Assembly (NCBI GenBank): GCA_013416795.1
Contig: RQSC01000869.1
Location: forward strand, 25,184-89,183
DNA: 64,000 nucleotides
Reading direction: 5' to 3'
Source: Prasinococcaceae sp. CCMP 1430
Lineage: Eukaryota > Plantae > Prasinodermophyta
Shown here: positions 1-10,500 of the stretch, piece after piece
Layout of the letters: the number at the start of each line of letters is the position of its first letter
Numbering within the stretch: the first letter of the stretch is position 1
Position numbers and translations under genes: made by a program
Notes under the pieces: generated by a model
Database searches by the model: none
The model's input: only the letters and a program-made list of their open reading frames with translations
What the model was told of the DNA's origin: nothing

Positions 1-389
1 CAAAAGCGCGCGGGCGCGCGCGGGCGCGGGCAGCAGCAAGGGGAGGGGGTTGAAGAGGGATGGACTGCAGGGGGGTGGGGCGGCGCAGCCCCCCCTGTGG
101 CGTGGCGGGCGCCGCGGCCCCCGTTGTGGCGCGGCGGGCGGCGCAGCGGCAGCCCTGTGCCTGCCGTGATGAGCGAGAGACCGAGTTGCCTCCGTCAGCC
201 AGTTCAAAAAAAAGTCGCCGAAAATGGGATGGAGAGAAAAACACTGTGGCAGAACTTAAAGTACTGAACTCTGTGCTCACCTAGCACTACTTGTCGGTGC
301 ATATGCACCCGCCACCACGACTGCGAGCGCCACCTCTTGTTGGGCACGTGGCTGCTGTCGATACCACTGTCGCATTCTAGAACGACGCA

Positions 390-1724
390 TCAGCGCCACA
401 CATTGCCCGCTTTCTCCATGGGCTTGTGTGTCCTCGTGCGATTTGGGTCTCTCTTGGCACGCTCGGGTGGCCGCGGCACGCCCCTGGTAACGCACCCGGA
501 GCGGAAGCGCACGCCCACCAGGCCCTCGTTGCCGCCGTCCCATATGCACACCTTGTGGAGGCGCGCGGCGGGAACGATCGCATCGATATAGGCGGTGTGC
601 AGCTCAAACTTTGCAGCGAGCCGCTCGAAGCGACGGTCAGGTCCGAGCTCCAGCTCGTCGCGGTCGCAAGCGGCGCTGATGGTCTCCCACGCCTCGGCGG
701 CGTCGCCGGCGGCCATCATGCACTCCCCCAAATTGAACCAAGAGTGCGCCTTCGCGGCGTACTGCGGCTTGCAGATGGGAGTCCCACCATGGCCGTGGCC
801 GTCGCGCGCCTGGCTCCAAGCGACGCCCTCGCGCAGCGATTCCATGATGCGCATCTGAGGCCCAGCGAGCGCCAAGACGTCGCTCGCGAAATAGCCCCAA
901 GGCGAGTCCGACACGTGCTGCGTGCCGCTACGCAGCGCCCTCCAAAGGCCACGCGCGGTGGCAGGGGCCATGGTGGACGCGCGGCAGTCTCGCTCGCCCG
1001 TGTTGACCACTTTTTGCTTGGCACACGCGTCCATGTCGCGAAAGCCGTACTTTGTGATCTGCAGCAAGTCGTACAAGCCTCTTTCGGTAATGGCGTGGAA
1101 CTTGTTGCGCAGGAGGCCGAAGTGCGCTCCTGCAGCGGCTTCGGTGAGTGAGAACCATACTCCGTGCGTGCCAGTAGTTCCCTGCCCGAGGTTGATGATC
1201 ACGTCGCCGTCCGTGACGGGGGGCAGCAGGGCCGTCTCATTGCCGAGGGAGGGAGACGTGGGCGAGGTGCCTGTCGCAGGGTCAGGTGGAGGCAGCCCCA
1301 GCGTCTCAACGCCGGTGATCGCTGCCACCTTGGCGCGCATGGCTTCGAAGCCGGTGCCATCGGATAGCAAGCCACTCGAGCAGTTGCTGTCCTCAGGCAG
1401 GTCTCTTCTCCACCTGCCACTCTCGTGGCCCCAGTCCCAAAGCGGGTTGGCGCCCGCATCTGCCACAGCGGCTGCGTCCCAGAGGCGCACGGCCTCGCGC
1501 TTGGGCTCCTTGCAATTTCGGGGCAGTGGACCCAGCGGCGCAGGAACGTCCGATCCGCCGACCTCGCCGGGCGTGGCTGCGGTGGTCGCGGACATGACCG
1601 CCAGAGCAAAGTGCTGGCCCAGGAGGAGCACCAGCAGCAGGAGGGGCGCGCCCCCCCCCTTCGCCGTCGCGGTTCGCGCGCTCGGCCTCACATTCGCGCC
1701 GCGCTGTCCGCCCTCCGCCCGCAT
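390..1724 (-). CDS. Membrane-anchored/secretory P-loop sulfotransferase-family protein
   Basis: ATG at 1724; hydrophobic signal/anchor PLLLLVLLLGQHFALAV; PAPS-loop-like VIINLGQGTTGTHGV; later SDSP...RIMESLREGVAW resembles the sulfotransferase D-x-P and R-x-x-x-x-W motifs. Confidence 0.55.
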   Translation of the reverse strand: MRAEGGQRGANVRPSARTATAKGGGAPLLLLVLLLGQHFALAVMSATTAATPGEVGGSDVPAPLGPLPRNCKEPKREAVRLWDAAAVADAGANPLWDWGHESGRWRRDLPEDSNCSSGLLSDGTGFEAMRAKVAAITGVETLGLPPPDPATGTSPTSPSLGNETALLPPVTDGDVIINLGQGTTGTHGVWFSLTEAAAGAHFGLLRNKFHAITERGLYDLLQITKYGFRDMDACAKQKVVNTGERDCRASTMAPATARGLWRALRSGTQHVSDSPWGYFASDVLALAGPQMRIMESLREGVAWSQARDGHGHGGTPICKPQYAAKAHSWFNLGECMMAAGDAAEAWETISAACDRDELELGPDRRFERLAAKFELHTAYIDAIVPAARLHKVCIWDGGNEGLVGVRFRSGCVTRGVPRPPERAKRDPNRTRTHKPMEKAGNVWR

Positions 1725-2059
1725 GGCTCCCCTCGCCGCCTCCGCGCCCCCCACCCGCCGTGTGGGTGCACGCGCGCGCGCCCGCGGCCCCTTTCCGCTT
1801 CCACCCTCCCTCCCCGCGACGCGCGCGCTGTGGGCCGGGGGTGTTAGCGCGCCGCGCCGCCGCCGCGCCCGATGAACGGGCGCGCGCTGTCAACCGCGCG
1901 ACCATCGGCAGCTGCGAACCGAAGAGCGCCACTCCCGGCCGTCGAAACGGGGCGGGCGGCGCGCCAAACCCAGTCAATCGCCTGGTCAAACGACGCCACC
2001 GCTCCCGGACGGGGCGAACGACGCGCGGATTCTCCCGGGTGTCGCCGAGGGTTCAAATG

Positions 2060-2097
2060 AACCCTGATAATAATAACCTAAATCCTAACCTAAATCC
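2060..2097 (+). promoter_or_regulatory. Degenerate telomere-like (telo-box) cluster between divergent genes
   Basis: aaccctgataataataacctaaatcctaacctaaatcc is an AT-rich island in about 80% GC DNA and resembles (A)AACCCTA repeats. Confidence 0.45.
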
Positions 2098-2591
2098 AGC
2101 GCTTGCGTTTGGTCCGCCCGTCTGCGCGCCGGCCGCGCGGCGCACCGGCGGGCCGATCGTCGATCGAATCGAGGGCGCCCGCGCGGCGACGCGCGGCGAC
2201 GCCGCGGCCGAACCGGATCGAATCCTGGCTCACGAGGGGGCGCGGCGGCGGCGGGCGGGCGCCGGGGCGGAGCGGGCACTTTTGTCCGATCGGGGAGCGG
2301 TCGGGTGCGTTGCGTTCCCCGACCGGCCAGGCGACCGACGGACGGGGCGAGGGGGAGGCGCCGAGGGGCACAGACAGAGTGGCCGGCGCGGCGAGTGCGC
2401 GGCGGGTGCGCCGGGCGGCGCGGATAGGCCATGCGGTCTCGGATGGCTGTCAGGACGGTGGTGGCGGCGGCGGTTTGCAGCCTGCACCATAGTCGCAGCT
2501 GCAGCGAACGCTGCTGCTGCGGGAATTTCGCGCGCACTGTTGCGCAGGTGGGTGGGGACCGATCGGTGGGTGGGGCGAGGGCGCTTCGGCG

Positions 2592-4301
2592 ATGGCGTCG
2601 TCGTCCGAGCGCGAGCGCGCCGCGCGTGCCGCGCGCGACGCGTTTGGCAAGCTCGATCGGCTGCGCGCTGCGGTCGCGCGGGGGCGGTTTAATCCGCGCT
2701 CTGAGCCCACCGACGCCATCATCGACCGCAAGCTGCTCGCAAACCTGCGCAGGGACCCGCCGGGCAAGCCAGACGCCGTGGGTCAGGCCGCGCTGGACAA
2801 GGCCAAAGGTGGTAGGCCCACAGACAGCCACGGCCAGAGCAGTGGCGACAGCGGCAGCAGCGCCAGCGGCAGCGGCAGCGGCAGCCCGACCGACGACTTC
2901 GGTGCCAAGCTGGTGTCGCGCCTCGCTGCGCTCGAGCGCGCGCACGCGTCGCTCAGTGCCGAGTGCGAGGCGTTGCGTGTGGACAATGCCGCACTGCGGC
3001 GCAGACTGTCGTCGTCGGGCAGCACAGGTGATGCTGAGGGGCCGGGAGGGCCACCCGCGCCGCGCGGCTCGACGTGTCAGGGTGGCGACGCGGTGTTCTG
3101 GCACGCAGAGGCCCAGGCCGCCAAGCACACAGTCGCGGAGATGCAGCGCTTCCTGGCAGACTACGGCATGCGATGGGTAGGTGGTGGGGGTGGCGTGTCT
3201 GACCAGATCAAGAGTGCCGGCAAGGCGGAGGGACCCGAGGTCAGCGGGGCGAAGGATCCATTGGTGGCCGCCGCGCTCGCGCGCGCGCCGGCCGATGGCG
3301 GTGGGGGTGGCAGCAGCAGCGTGGACACACGTGGGTACACGCGCTGCCCCCTGGACATGGGTAAGCTCGCCGCCAGCGTGAGCGAGCTGAACGCCATGGT
3401 GGGTGAAGGGAAAGCAGAGGTGGGTGCAGGTGGTCGCCCCGGCGAGGCGCGCTTGCGCGAGGGCGAGACTCTGGTGCTGTGCGTGTACGCCGACGGCTTC
3501 TCGCTGGGCGCCGGGCGGCTGCGCCCCTGGCACGAGAAGGCCACGCGCGCATTCATGCGCGACATGCTCGACGGGTACTTCCCCTACGAGCTGAAGGACT
3601 CCCATCCAGATGGCGTCGCCTTCAAATTGGTAGATAGTAGCGACATGGCCTTCGCGGATGCCGCCAAGGCCGCCAAGGACGTCGCAGCCAAGCGCGGGAA
3701 CGTGCGCGGGCTGGCGAGCCTCGAGGAAGCGCCCGTGCAGCTGGGACGCACGCAGTACCTCAGCAAGCTCCCCGAGGCGGTCATTCGCAACGGCAAGGTG
3801 GTTAACGTGCGCGCTGAGGTCGCCGCACTCATGGGGAAGGGTGACGGCGCCAAGGTGGTGGCAGACGGCGCGGGCGCAGGCGCGGGCGGCAGCGGTAGCG
3901 GTAGCGGTGCCAGTGCCAGGAGCGGGGCTTGGCGGAGCGGTGGCGATGAGGGCCGCGACAGGAGCGGGGGCTCAGTGGTCATCCCCACGCCGCTTTCGCG
4001 CGTGCCACCCGCTGACCGCAAGAGCGTCGCCACGCTCAACGTGCGCGGTGAGGACGGCGCCGAGCGCTACGTGCTAGTGTTGTCGCCCACCGATACGGTG
4101 GGTGATTTGCGGCGCTACCTGGACGAACACCGCTCACGCACCAAGGCTGCGCATAGGGCAGGCGCGTACGAGATCCGCAGCGCTTTCCCCGCACGCGCGT
4201 ACGAGCACGCCGCCGAAACCCTTGCGGATGCGGGGCTTGTCCCCAGCGCGGCGCTCTTCCTGAAGGCGAAGGACGACGAGTGGGCCAACCCGCTGCTATG
4301 A
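2592..4301 (+). CDS. UBXN11: UBX domain protein 11-like (coiled coil + SEP + UBX), p97/CDC48 cofactor
   Basis: SEP-like LCVYADGFSL...FMRDMLDGYFPYELKDSHPDGV; C-terminal UBX with SAFPARAY...TLADAGLVPSAALFL; single 569-aa ORF. Confidence 0.8.
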   Translation: MASSSERERAARAARDAFGKLDRLRAAVARGRFNPRSEPTDAIIDRKLLANLRRDPPGKPDAVGQAALDKAKGGRPTDSHGQSSGDSGSSASGSGSGSPTDDFGAKLVSRLAALERAHASLSAECEALRVDNAALRRRLSSSGSTGDAEGPGGPPAPRGSTCQGGDAVFWHAEAQAAKHTVAEMQRFLADYGMRWVGGGGGVSDQIKSAGKAEGPEVSGAKDPLVAAALARAPADGGGGGSSSVDTRGYTRCPLDMGKLAASVSELNAMVGEGKAEVGAGGRPGEARLREGETLVLCVYADGFSLGAGRLRPWHEKATRAFMRDMLDGYFPYELKDSHPDGVAFKLVDSSDMAFADAAKAAKDVAAKRGNVRGLASLEEAPVQLGRTQYLSKLPEAVIRNGKVVNVRAEVAALMGKGDGAKVVADGAGAGAGGSGSGSGASARSGAWRSGGDEGRDRSGGSVVIPTPLSRVPPADRKSVATLNVRGEDGAERYVLVLSPTDTVGDLRRYLDEHRSRTKAAHRAGAYEIRSAFPARAYEHAAETLADAGLVPSAALFLKAKDDEWANPLL

Positions 4302-4531
4302 GCTTGCGCGAAGGCGCCAGCCGGCGCCGTATTCCTGTACACACACATTTTGAGTATCAGGGCAAGCGGCGCGCGCTCGCTCCTTCGTCCGCGGTGTGCC
4401 GAGAGGAGAGACGTAGATTGTTGTGTGTGTTACGAGACTGCTGTGTGTGCATTCATGAGCACGCGCAGACCTGGGATACCGTTCGCACCTTGCAGGAGCA
4501 CCAGCTCCCGAGGGAGCGCCAATGGATTCGT

Positions 4532-6001
4532 TCACGCGACCATGCCTTGGATCATGCGCTTGATCTTGCCGTCGTTGTGCATGAGCTCAGCACGCGCCGC
4601 AGCAATTTTGGCCTCCATGGCAGCAACTTCGTCATCGAGCTCACGGCGCTGGCCCTCGAAGCCGGCGGTGATGTCTTCAGTGGCACGGCGCTCCTCGTCG
4701 ACCCGTCCTGCGTACGCTCTCTCCTCGCTCACCCAGAATGCCATCTCCTTGGCCATGTTGACGAGATCCTCCTGAAGGTAGTCGATGACCTTGCCTAGCG
4801 GTGTAGTGGACTGCACGAGCGACTGCACTGCATCCTTGATGGCACCCACCTCCTCCATCTTGCGCACCGACGCACCCGCCATGTCCTGACTGGTCCCCTT
4901 GCCGCCCTGCGCTGCACCCGACTGCACCCGAGCTGAGCTTCCCTTGCGTCGCGACTTGATGACAATGCCGGGCCCCATGTCGTCCTCGCCCTCAGGCACA
5001 GCGGCGCCGGCCGCGTCGGTGAGCTCGCTCTTCGCCGCAACGATATCGCGCACGAGCTTGCCCGCACCCTCCACACTCGCCGCAGGCGCATCGACGTCGC
5101 CAGTCACCACCACCACCTCGGTGTCATCGTCGTCATCCCCCTCGCCCTCGCCGATCACGGCCACTGCGGGCACCGCGCCGGCCACCGGGCCGGCCGCTGG
5201 TGGGCCCGTGCGCCCCGCGGTCGCGGCGTCATCCTCGGCCATCTTGCTGCGCACCACGGGCACAGGCGCCGTGCCGCCGACCTTGCGCGCCGACACGTCA
5301 GTCGACTTCACCTTGGGCGGTGCTCTGCGGGCTGACGACGGCCGCTGCGGCGTCTTGCGCTGCGCGGGCGCCCCAATCTCGCGCCGGGGGTCGTCGTCCA
5401 TGCGCGCTTGCTGGTGCGTCTGCCGCTCCTGCTCCTCCTGTTGCCGCTGCCGTCGCTGCCTACGCTCCTCCCGCGCGGCCTCCCCCTGCTGCTCCAGAGC
5501 ACCAGCATCGGCCTCCGGCTCCTGCGGTGGTAGCGCGGGCGCAGGCGCACCGACATTGGTCATGGGAGCCATCTCGCCCATGCGCGCGCGCTCGACCGCG
5601 CTCGCGCTGACGTCGGCGCCAAGATGCGCGGCCCTGGCCAGCTGCTGCAGGAAGGCGTTGGTGTGCTCGGGCTCCAGGCCGGCCACGACCTTGCCCGGGC
5701 GCATCGTCACCGCCTCACCGAGCGCTAGTCCGACGCATGCCATGATCTGCGCGCGGCGCACTGTCAGTTGCAGCCTCAGTGTGTATGGGCTACCCTACTG
5801 GCACTCGAGAGATCGCATACATGGCCGAGCCACTCTGTTGCTCTCTGTCACACACGCGCGCGCTCTCGTGCTTGCACTGCGCCGCACACAGGTACGCACC
5901 TTGTTGAGGTACGCCACCTTGAGCTCCTTGCCCTTGATGGCGCTTGCGTTCGACTCGCTCTCGTCGTACAACCCTTCGGCGAAGCCAGTGCTTCGTGTCA
6001 C
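4532..6001 (-). CDS. IFT54: Intraflagellar transport protein IFT54 / TRAF3IP1 (MIP-T3); 5' exon(s) not found
   Basis: Exon ~5900-6001 VTRSTGFAEGLY...KVAYLNK, GT-AG intron, then exon 4532-~5747 IMACVGLALGE...KVVAGLEPEHTNAFLQQL. C-terminal coiled coil IKDAVQSLVQSTTPLGKVIDYLQED. Confidence 0.85.
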
Positions 6002-6079
6002 CTGGAATTGGCGCCGGCCGCGTCAGAGACGCACGCAGGGAGCGCGCCCGCGGGCAGCGACGGAGGCGGCAAGAGCGCC

Positions 6080-6116
6080 TTTTCCCGCGCGCCTTTTCAG
6101 CGGAATAAATTTGAAT
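6080..6116 (+). promoter_or_regulatory. E2F-like site (TTTCCCGC) plus CHR-like element (TTTGAA)
   Basis: tttcccgc at 6081-6088 and tttgaa at 6110-6115. Confidence 0.35.
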
Positions 6117-7584
6117 AAATCAACGGCGACCTGCGGGTTGCCCCTGCGCGGTCCGCCGCGGGTGACGCCGCGTGAGGCGCGTGGCTCGCGTGCACACCCG
6201 TCCGGTGGGGACTACACCACACCCACATATTGGACGCCCACCCCCCCACAAAGGGCGCCACGCACCGCGCGGCGCCGAGCACCGTGCGCTACCTGCCCGC
6301 CCCCTCAGCACGCGCGCGAACGGAGACGCCGACAAGAGCAAATAAACAAAAAAAGGTTGCGGCCGCCGCCGCCCGCCGGAGCATCTCGCCCCCCGCCCGA
6401 CTCCCCTCCCGCCCGACGCGCGCTCAGCTGGAGGCCGCGGCTCGCGCGCCGTGTGCCGCCCTGCCCGGCAGCCCGGCACTGCCGCTTCTTTTTCCAAAAA
6501 AAACAAAACGCGGAACGCGCGCGCGAAATGCCACGCGGCGACGGCGGGGACCTGTGCATTCGTACGCTAATGTATCCTCACCCGCGCGGCGAAAACACGG
6601 AACGAGGTGCACAAAAATCAGAATTGGGAAGTGCTCGGGCGTGCGTGGCGTGAACGATGGTCCGACTATAATATACGGTCGGCCGGCCGGCCATCAGAGT
6701 CAACAACGCAAAAAGAACGGAGTGCGTCCGGAGGTGCACGGCGCATGCGAGTTCGAAATGTCCTATTTCACATCCGCAAATCCGCGCGAAACAAAAGCAG
6801 AAAGGTGCACCCGAGCGCTCCGATCCAAAAAGCGCGCCCGCGCAGGGTGTTGTGGTGTCGGCCGCGCACGCCGCAGCCGACGCCGGCGGCGCCGACGCCA
6901 CAGCGGCGCAGAGCGCGCGCGCGCGCGCGGGCGCGGACTGGCGCGCGCCAAAAGCGTGCTGGGACTGACCGACTGACCCACTCAACCGCTCTCACCACAG
7001 AACGCGTGCATTTTTTTTTTTTGACCGAGGGTTCCTCCTTGATCGGCGCGATCGCATCGTCGCCATTCGGATGTACGCCCCAGTGAATTCGGGTCCCGAC
7101 GGCGCGGCGCGCGGCGCGGGCGCGGAGCTTCGCCCAGCCGCGCATCCACGCCTCGCGCGCCGCGCGTGCGCGCGTGCGTTGCCGTAGCAGCTGCGCACAC
7201 GGGGACCGTACCGTACGTTACGGTTGCGGATATTTGGGTTATTACATAGGGTCTACAACCAGATTCAAGGAGCAGCAGCGATCTCCGCTCTGTGTTCGCT
7301 CATCAAATTTGCTGGCGCTCTCCGCGCCGATTTTTTTGCGGGCAGGGGGTGGGGGGGGGGGCGAGCGCGCGCCACACGGCGCGCGCCTGACGCCGGGCCA
7401 GGGGGGGGTAGCGCACGCTCACGCCGCGCGCGGCGGGGATCTCGCGGCGGCCGCGGGCTGCGCGCCGATCCCTGCGGAGTACTCGGACGCAACGACGGTT
7501 GTCGACGGCGGCAGCGGCGGGGGAGACGGGCGATGCGCCGGCACCGCGGCAGGCCAGTCAGCCGGCGCGGGCGAAGAGGTGCAG

Positions 7585-10500
7585 ATGGCCGCGCTCGCGG
7601 ACGTGGACCAATTTCAGCCGCACGCGCGCGTCACGGCGAAGAAGGGGAAGGGCAAGGCTGTCCAGAGCACCCACGGCCAGGAGAACCGCGCGCCAGCCGC
7701 GCAGCCTCGAGCAACCGTGCGCGGCTGGCAGAAGGGCGATCCACAGGAGCAGGGCCTCGAAAGGCTCGCAGCCTCAGGAGCGCTGGTCGGCCGGCGGGTG
7801 CGCGTCTATTTCGATGTCGCTAAGATCTGGTACGGTGGTACGATCGACGAGCACGTGCCAAACCATGAGAACGGCGCCGGGTGGTATCGTGTGCGGTTTG
7901 ACGACTGTGAACACGAGTACATTGGCCTGCCGGACAGGACAGTGCGCGTGCTGAGGCCCGGTGAGGAGGAGCCGCCGAAAAGGAGAAAGGTTGCACCACC
8001 AGGCGGCCCGACAAAGGACCCGCACTACATCGTGCCGCCCTTCAACCAGCTGCCGACGCGCGAGCCGACCGACGTGGAAATTCAGCAGTACGGGTCGAAG
8101 GGCCAGCGCGCCCAGCTGTGGGAAAGGCTGGCTAGGGAGGGCAAAGACCCCCCGAAAGTAGCGAGACCGGCCGCGCAGCCCAAGAAAGCGGCGCATCGGG
8201 CGAAGGCACTGAAGCCCCCCCCGGCCAAGGCGGTCAAGGCGAAGGCCTTGGCGACGAAAGCGCCTGCCAAGAGAAAGCGCGAAGAGCCTGCCTCGCAGCC
8301 GACGCGACGGACGCAGCCCCGCACCGCCAAAACAGAGGCATTCATCGCCATGGAGCAAGCTGTGCGGGCACTGAATGACTGTGGTCCCATGGATGAGATG
8401 CCGACGCCCGCTGACTCGAAGGCGGAAACGCACGGTGAATCGGAGGCGGAAACGGACGGTGAACTCGACGGACCCGAGGCCGTAAAGACCATCAAGCGCC
8501 TGCGGGCAACGTCAGCGTCCAAGGGAAAGGGGGACAAACCCAAACCAAAGGGCAAGGCCAAGGCCTCCACCAAGGCTGCAAGAAGCAATGCTAAAGCCGA
8601 TGCCATGACTGTCGCGGCTGTCGCTGCTGCGCTCATGGAGGAATATCCACCGTGCGGCGCGGGCCATGCCCGTGGCGCGCAGGCTGTCTTCAGGACCAAC
8701 GGGCGCGTCTGCGGAAAGTTTGACGATGCTGGCACCACTCCAGTTCCTTGCAGTGTTGGCGAGTGGATTGCAGACCCAGATTGTCACTGGCCCATGACGA
8801 TGCTCTACAAGTATGCCTCCGCTGGCTACGACCTTCGACACATGGAAGACAGGGTGCTACCGAAGACACCCGCTCCGGCGGCCACGGCCGCTACGGCACC
8901 AACGGAGGTGACTACCGAGGTGGCAACACCAGCAGCAGCGGATGCAGAGGCCATGGCGGCTGCGAGCGCGGCGCCTCTCGAGATGGCGGCGCCACATGCA
9001 GCAGCTACGGAAGCCGCAACGGGGTGCGCCGAACCTTCTGCAGGCGAGGAGGGAAAGTCTGCTGAGGAGCCATCCACTAAGACGACCTTCGTCGAGGAGT
9101 CCTTCGTCGCTGTGCCTGGTTGGATCGGCGTCACGGGCCGCACCCGGCGCAGGTGCAATACGACGAACGGAAAGGTACAAGAAGCGCGTGCCCGATGGCA
9201 CGTAGGGTACTCTGATTCGTTTGCCGTCGTGCTGTGGGACGGCCCGCGCGCGATGCATATCAGCGTCAACGGCTTTGGCACCGTCGAAGAGGCCGCCACC
9301 TTCTTCGACAAGGTCATACTTGTGGCCTACGGCCCTGAAGAGGCCAACCTCAACTATCCGCTGAGCAACTATGCCGATTTCATGAGAGAACGTGGCTTTG
9401 GCGCCAAGGATGGCGGCGTGCACTCAACGACATTCGTCATCATGGCGTGCCGCCTGCTCGAGCAAATGCAGTTCCTCGCGAGCTGTGACGCACTCGACGC
9501 GCGCTCCTCAGAGATTGACAAGTGGCGCGACAAGCTACGCGTGCTTGCATCCTCGCTGCAGACGAGCGAGAGCACTGCGACTTTTGGGCAAGCGCTGCTG
9601 TTCATCGGCGAGCACTTGACTCCTTCAGCCTCGGTTGAGGGATGGGAGGCTGTCAGCGCCGCGTGGCGCGAGGACCTCCGCTCGCTCATTAAGGCTACGC
9701 GCGCCGGAGAGCAGGTGCCGTTCATGCCTGTAGTGAAGAACCTCGACAAGCTCGTGGTCGCTGAAATGGGGAAGGAGCTGGCGGCTGCGGGCACGCAGCC
9801 AGCCAAGGCGAAGAGGTGGATGTGGACGCTTTTTGAGGATCGCTACCGCATCCCCGCGATCAAGAAGTACGGTACGACCTTCGCGGCGCTCATGCAGGCG
9901 CTTGTGGAGGGAGGCATCTGTATGCCGGCATGCCTGGCGCTCGAAAAAGTGGGCGAGCCCGGCGCGCGCGCTTTGGCGGCCAAGCACGCGTACCTCCGCC
10001 TCAGCTTCTACGCACGGCTAGGCGCGACCGAAGAAGAGAAGAAGCACCTGCGCCTTCTCAGGGACAGCGCCAACCGACGCGTCAAGGCCTACGAGGACAG
10101 GAGGGGTAGCAGCGAAGCTGGGCAGCTGCAGCGGCGCTGCACGCGTCACGAGCTCCCACCCGGCCTTCGCGTGGTGGTCATCGGTGCAGGTGTCTCGGGG
10201 CTGTACGCCGCCACGCGTTTGGAGCGCGAGGGCGCGCAGGTGGTTGTTCTTGAAGGCCGCGATCGCATCGGCGGGCGCATGAATACGCACACGCTGTCTG
10301 GCGTGCTCGCGGGCGGCGATGCGGTTGCGTCGACCGTCGATCTCGGCGCCTCCTTCATCTGTGGCACCGATCCCAGGCCGCCGGTGAATCCTATCTTCAG
10401 CCTCATCAAAGAGGAGGGGATAAGATCGATGGCCAAGCACCGCGATGGCGCGGCGTGGTTCGACGGCGGCGGAGTGCGCATCCCGAGAGGAACAAGCGAC

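Noticed and set aside
6120-7500. Possible transposon/MITE or ncRNA in the long intergenic region
   Set aside because: I could not identify terminal repeats, target-site duplications, transposase motifs or RNA-gene signatures.
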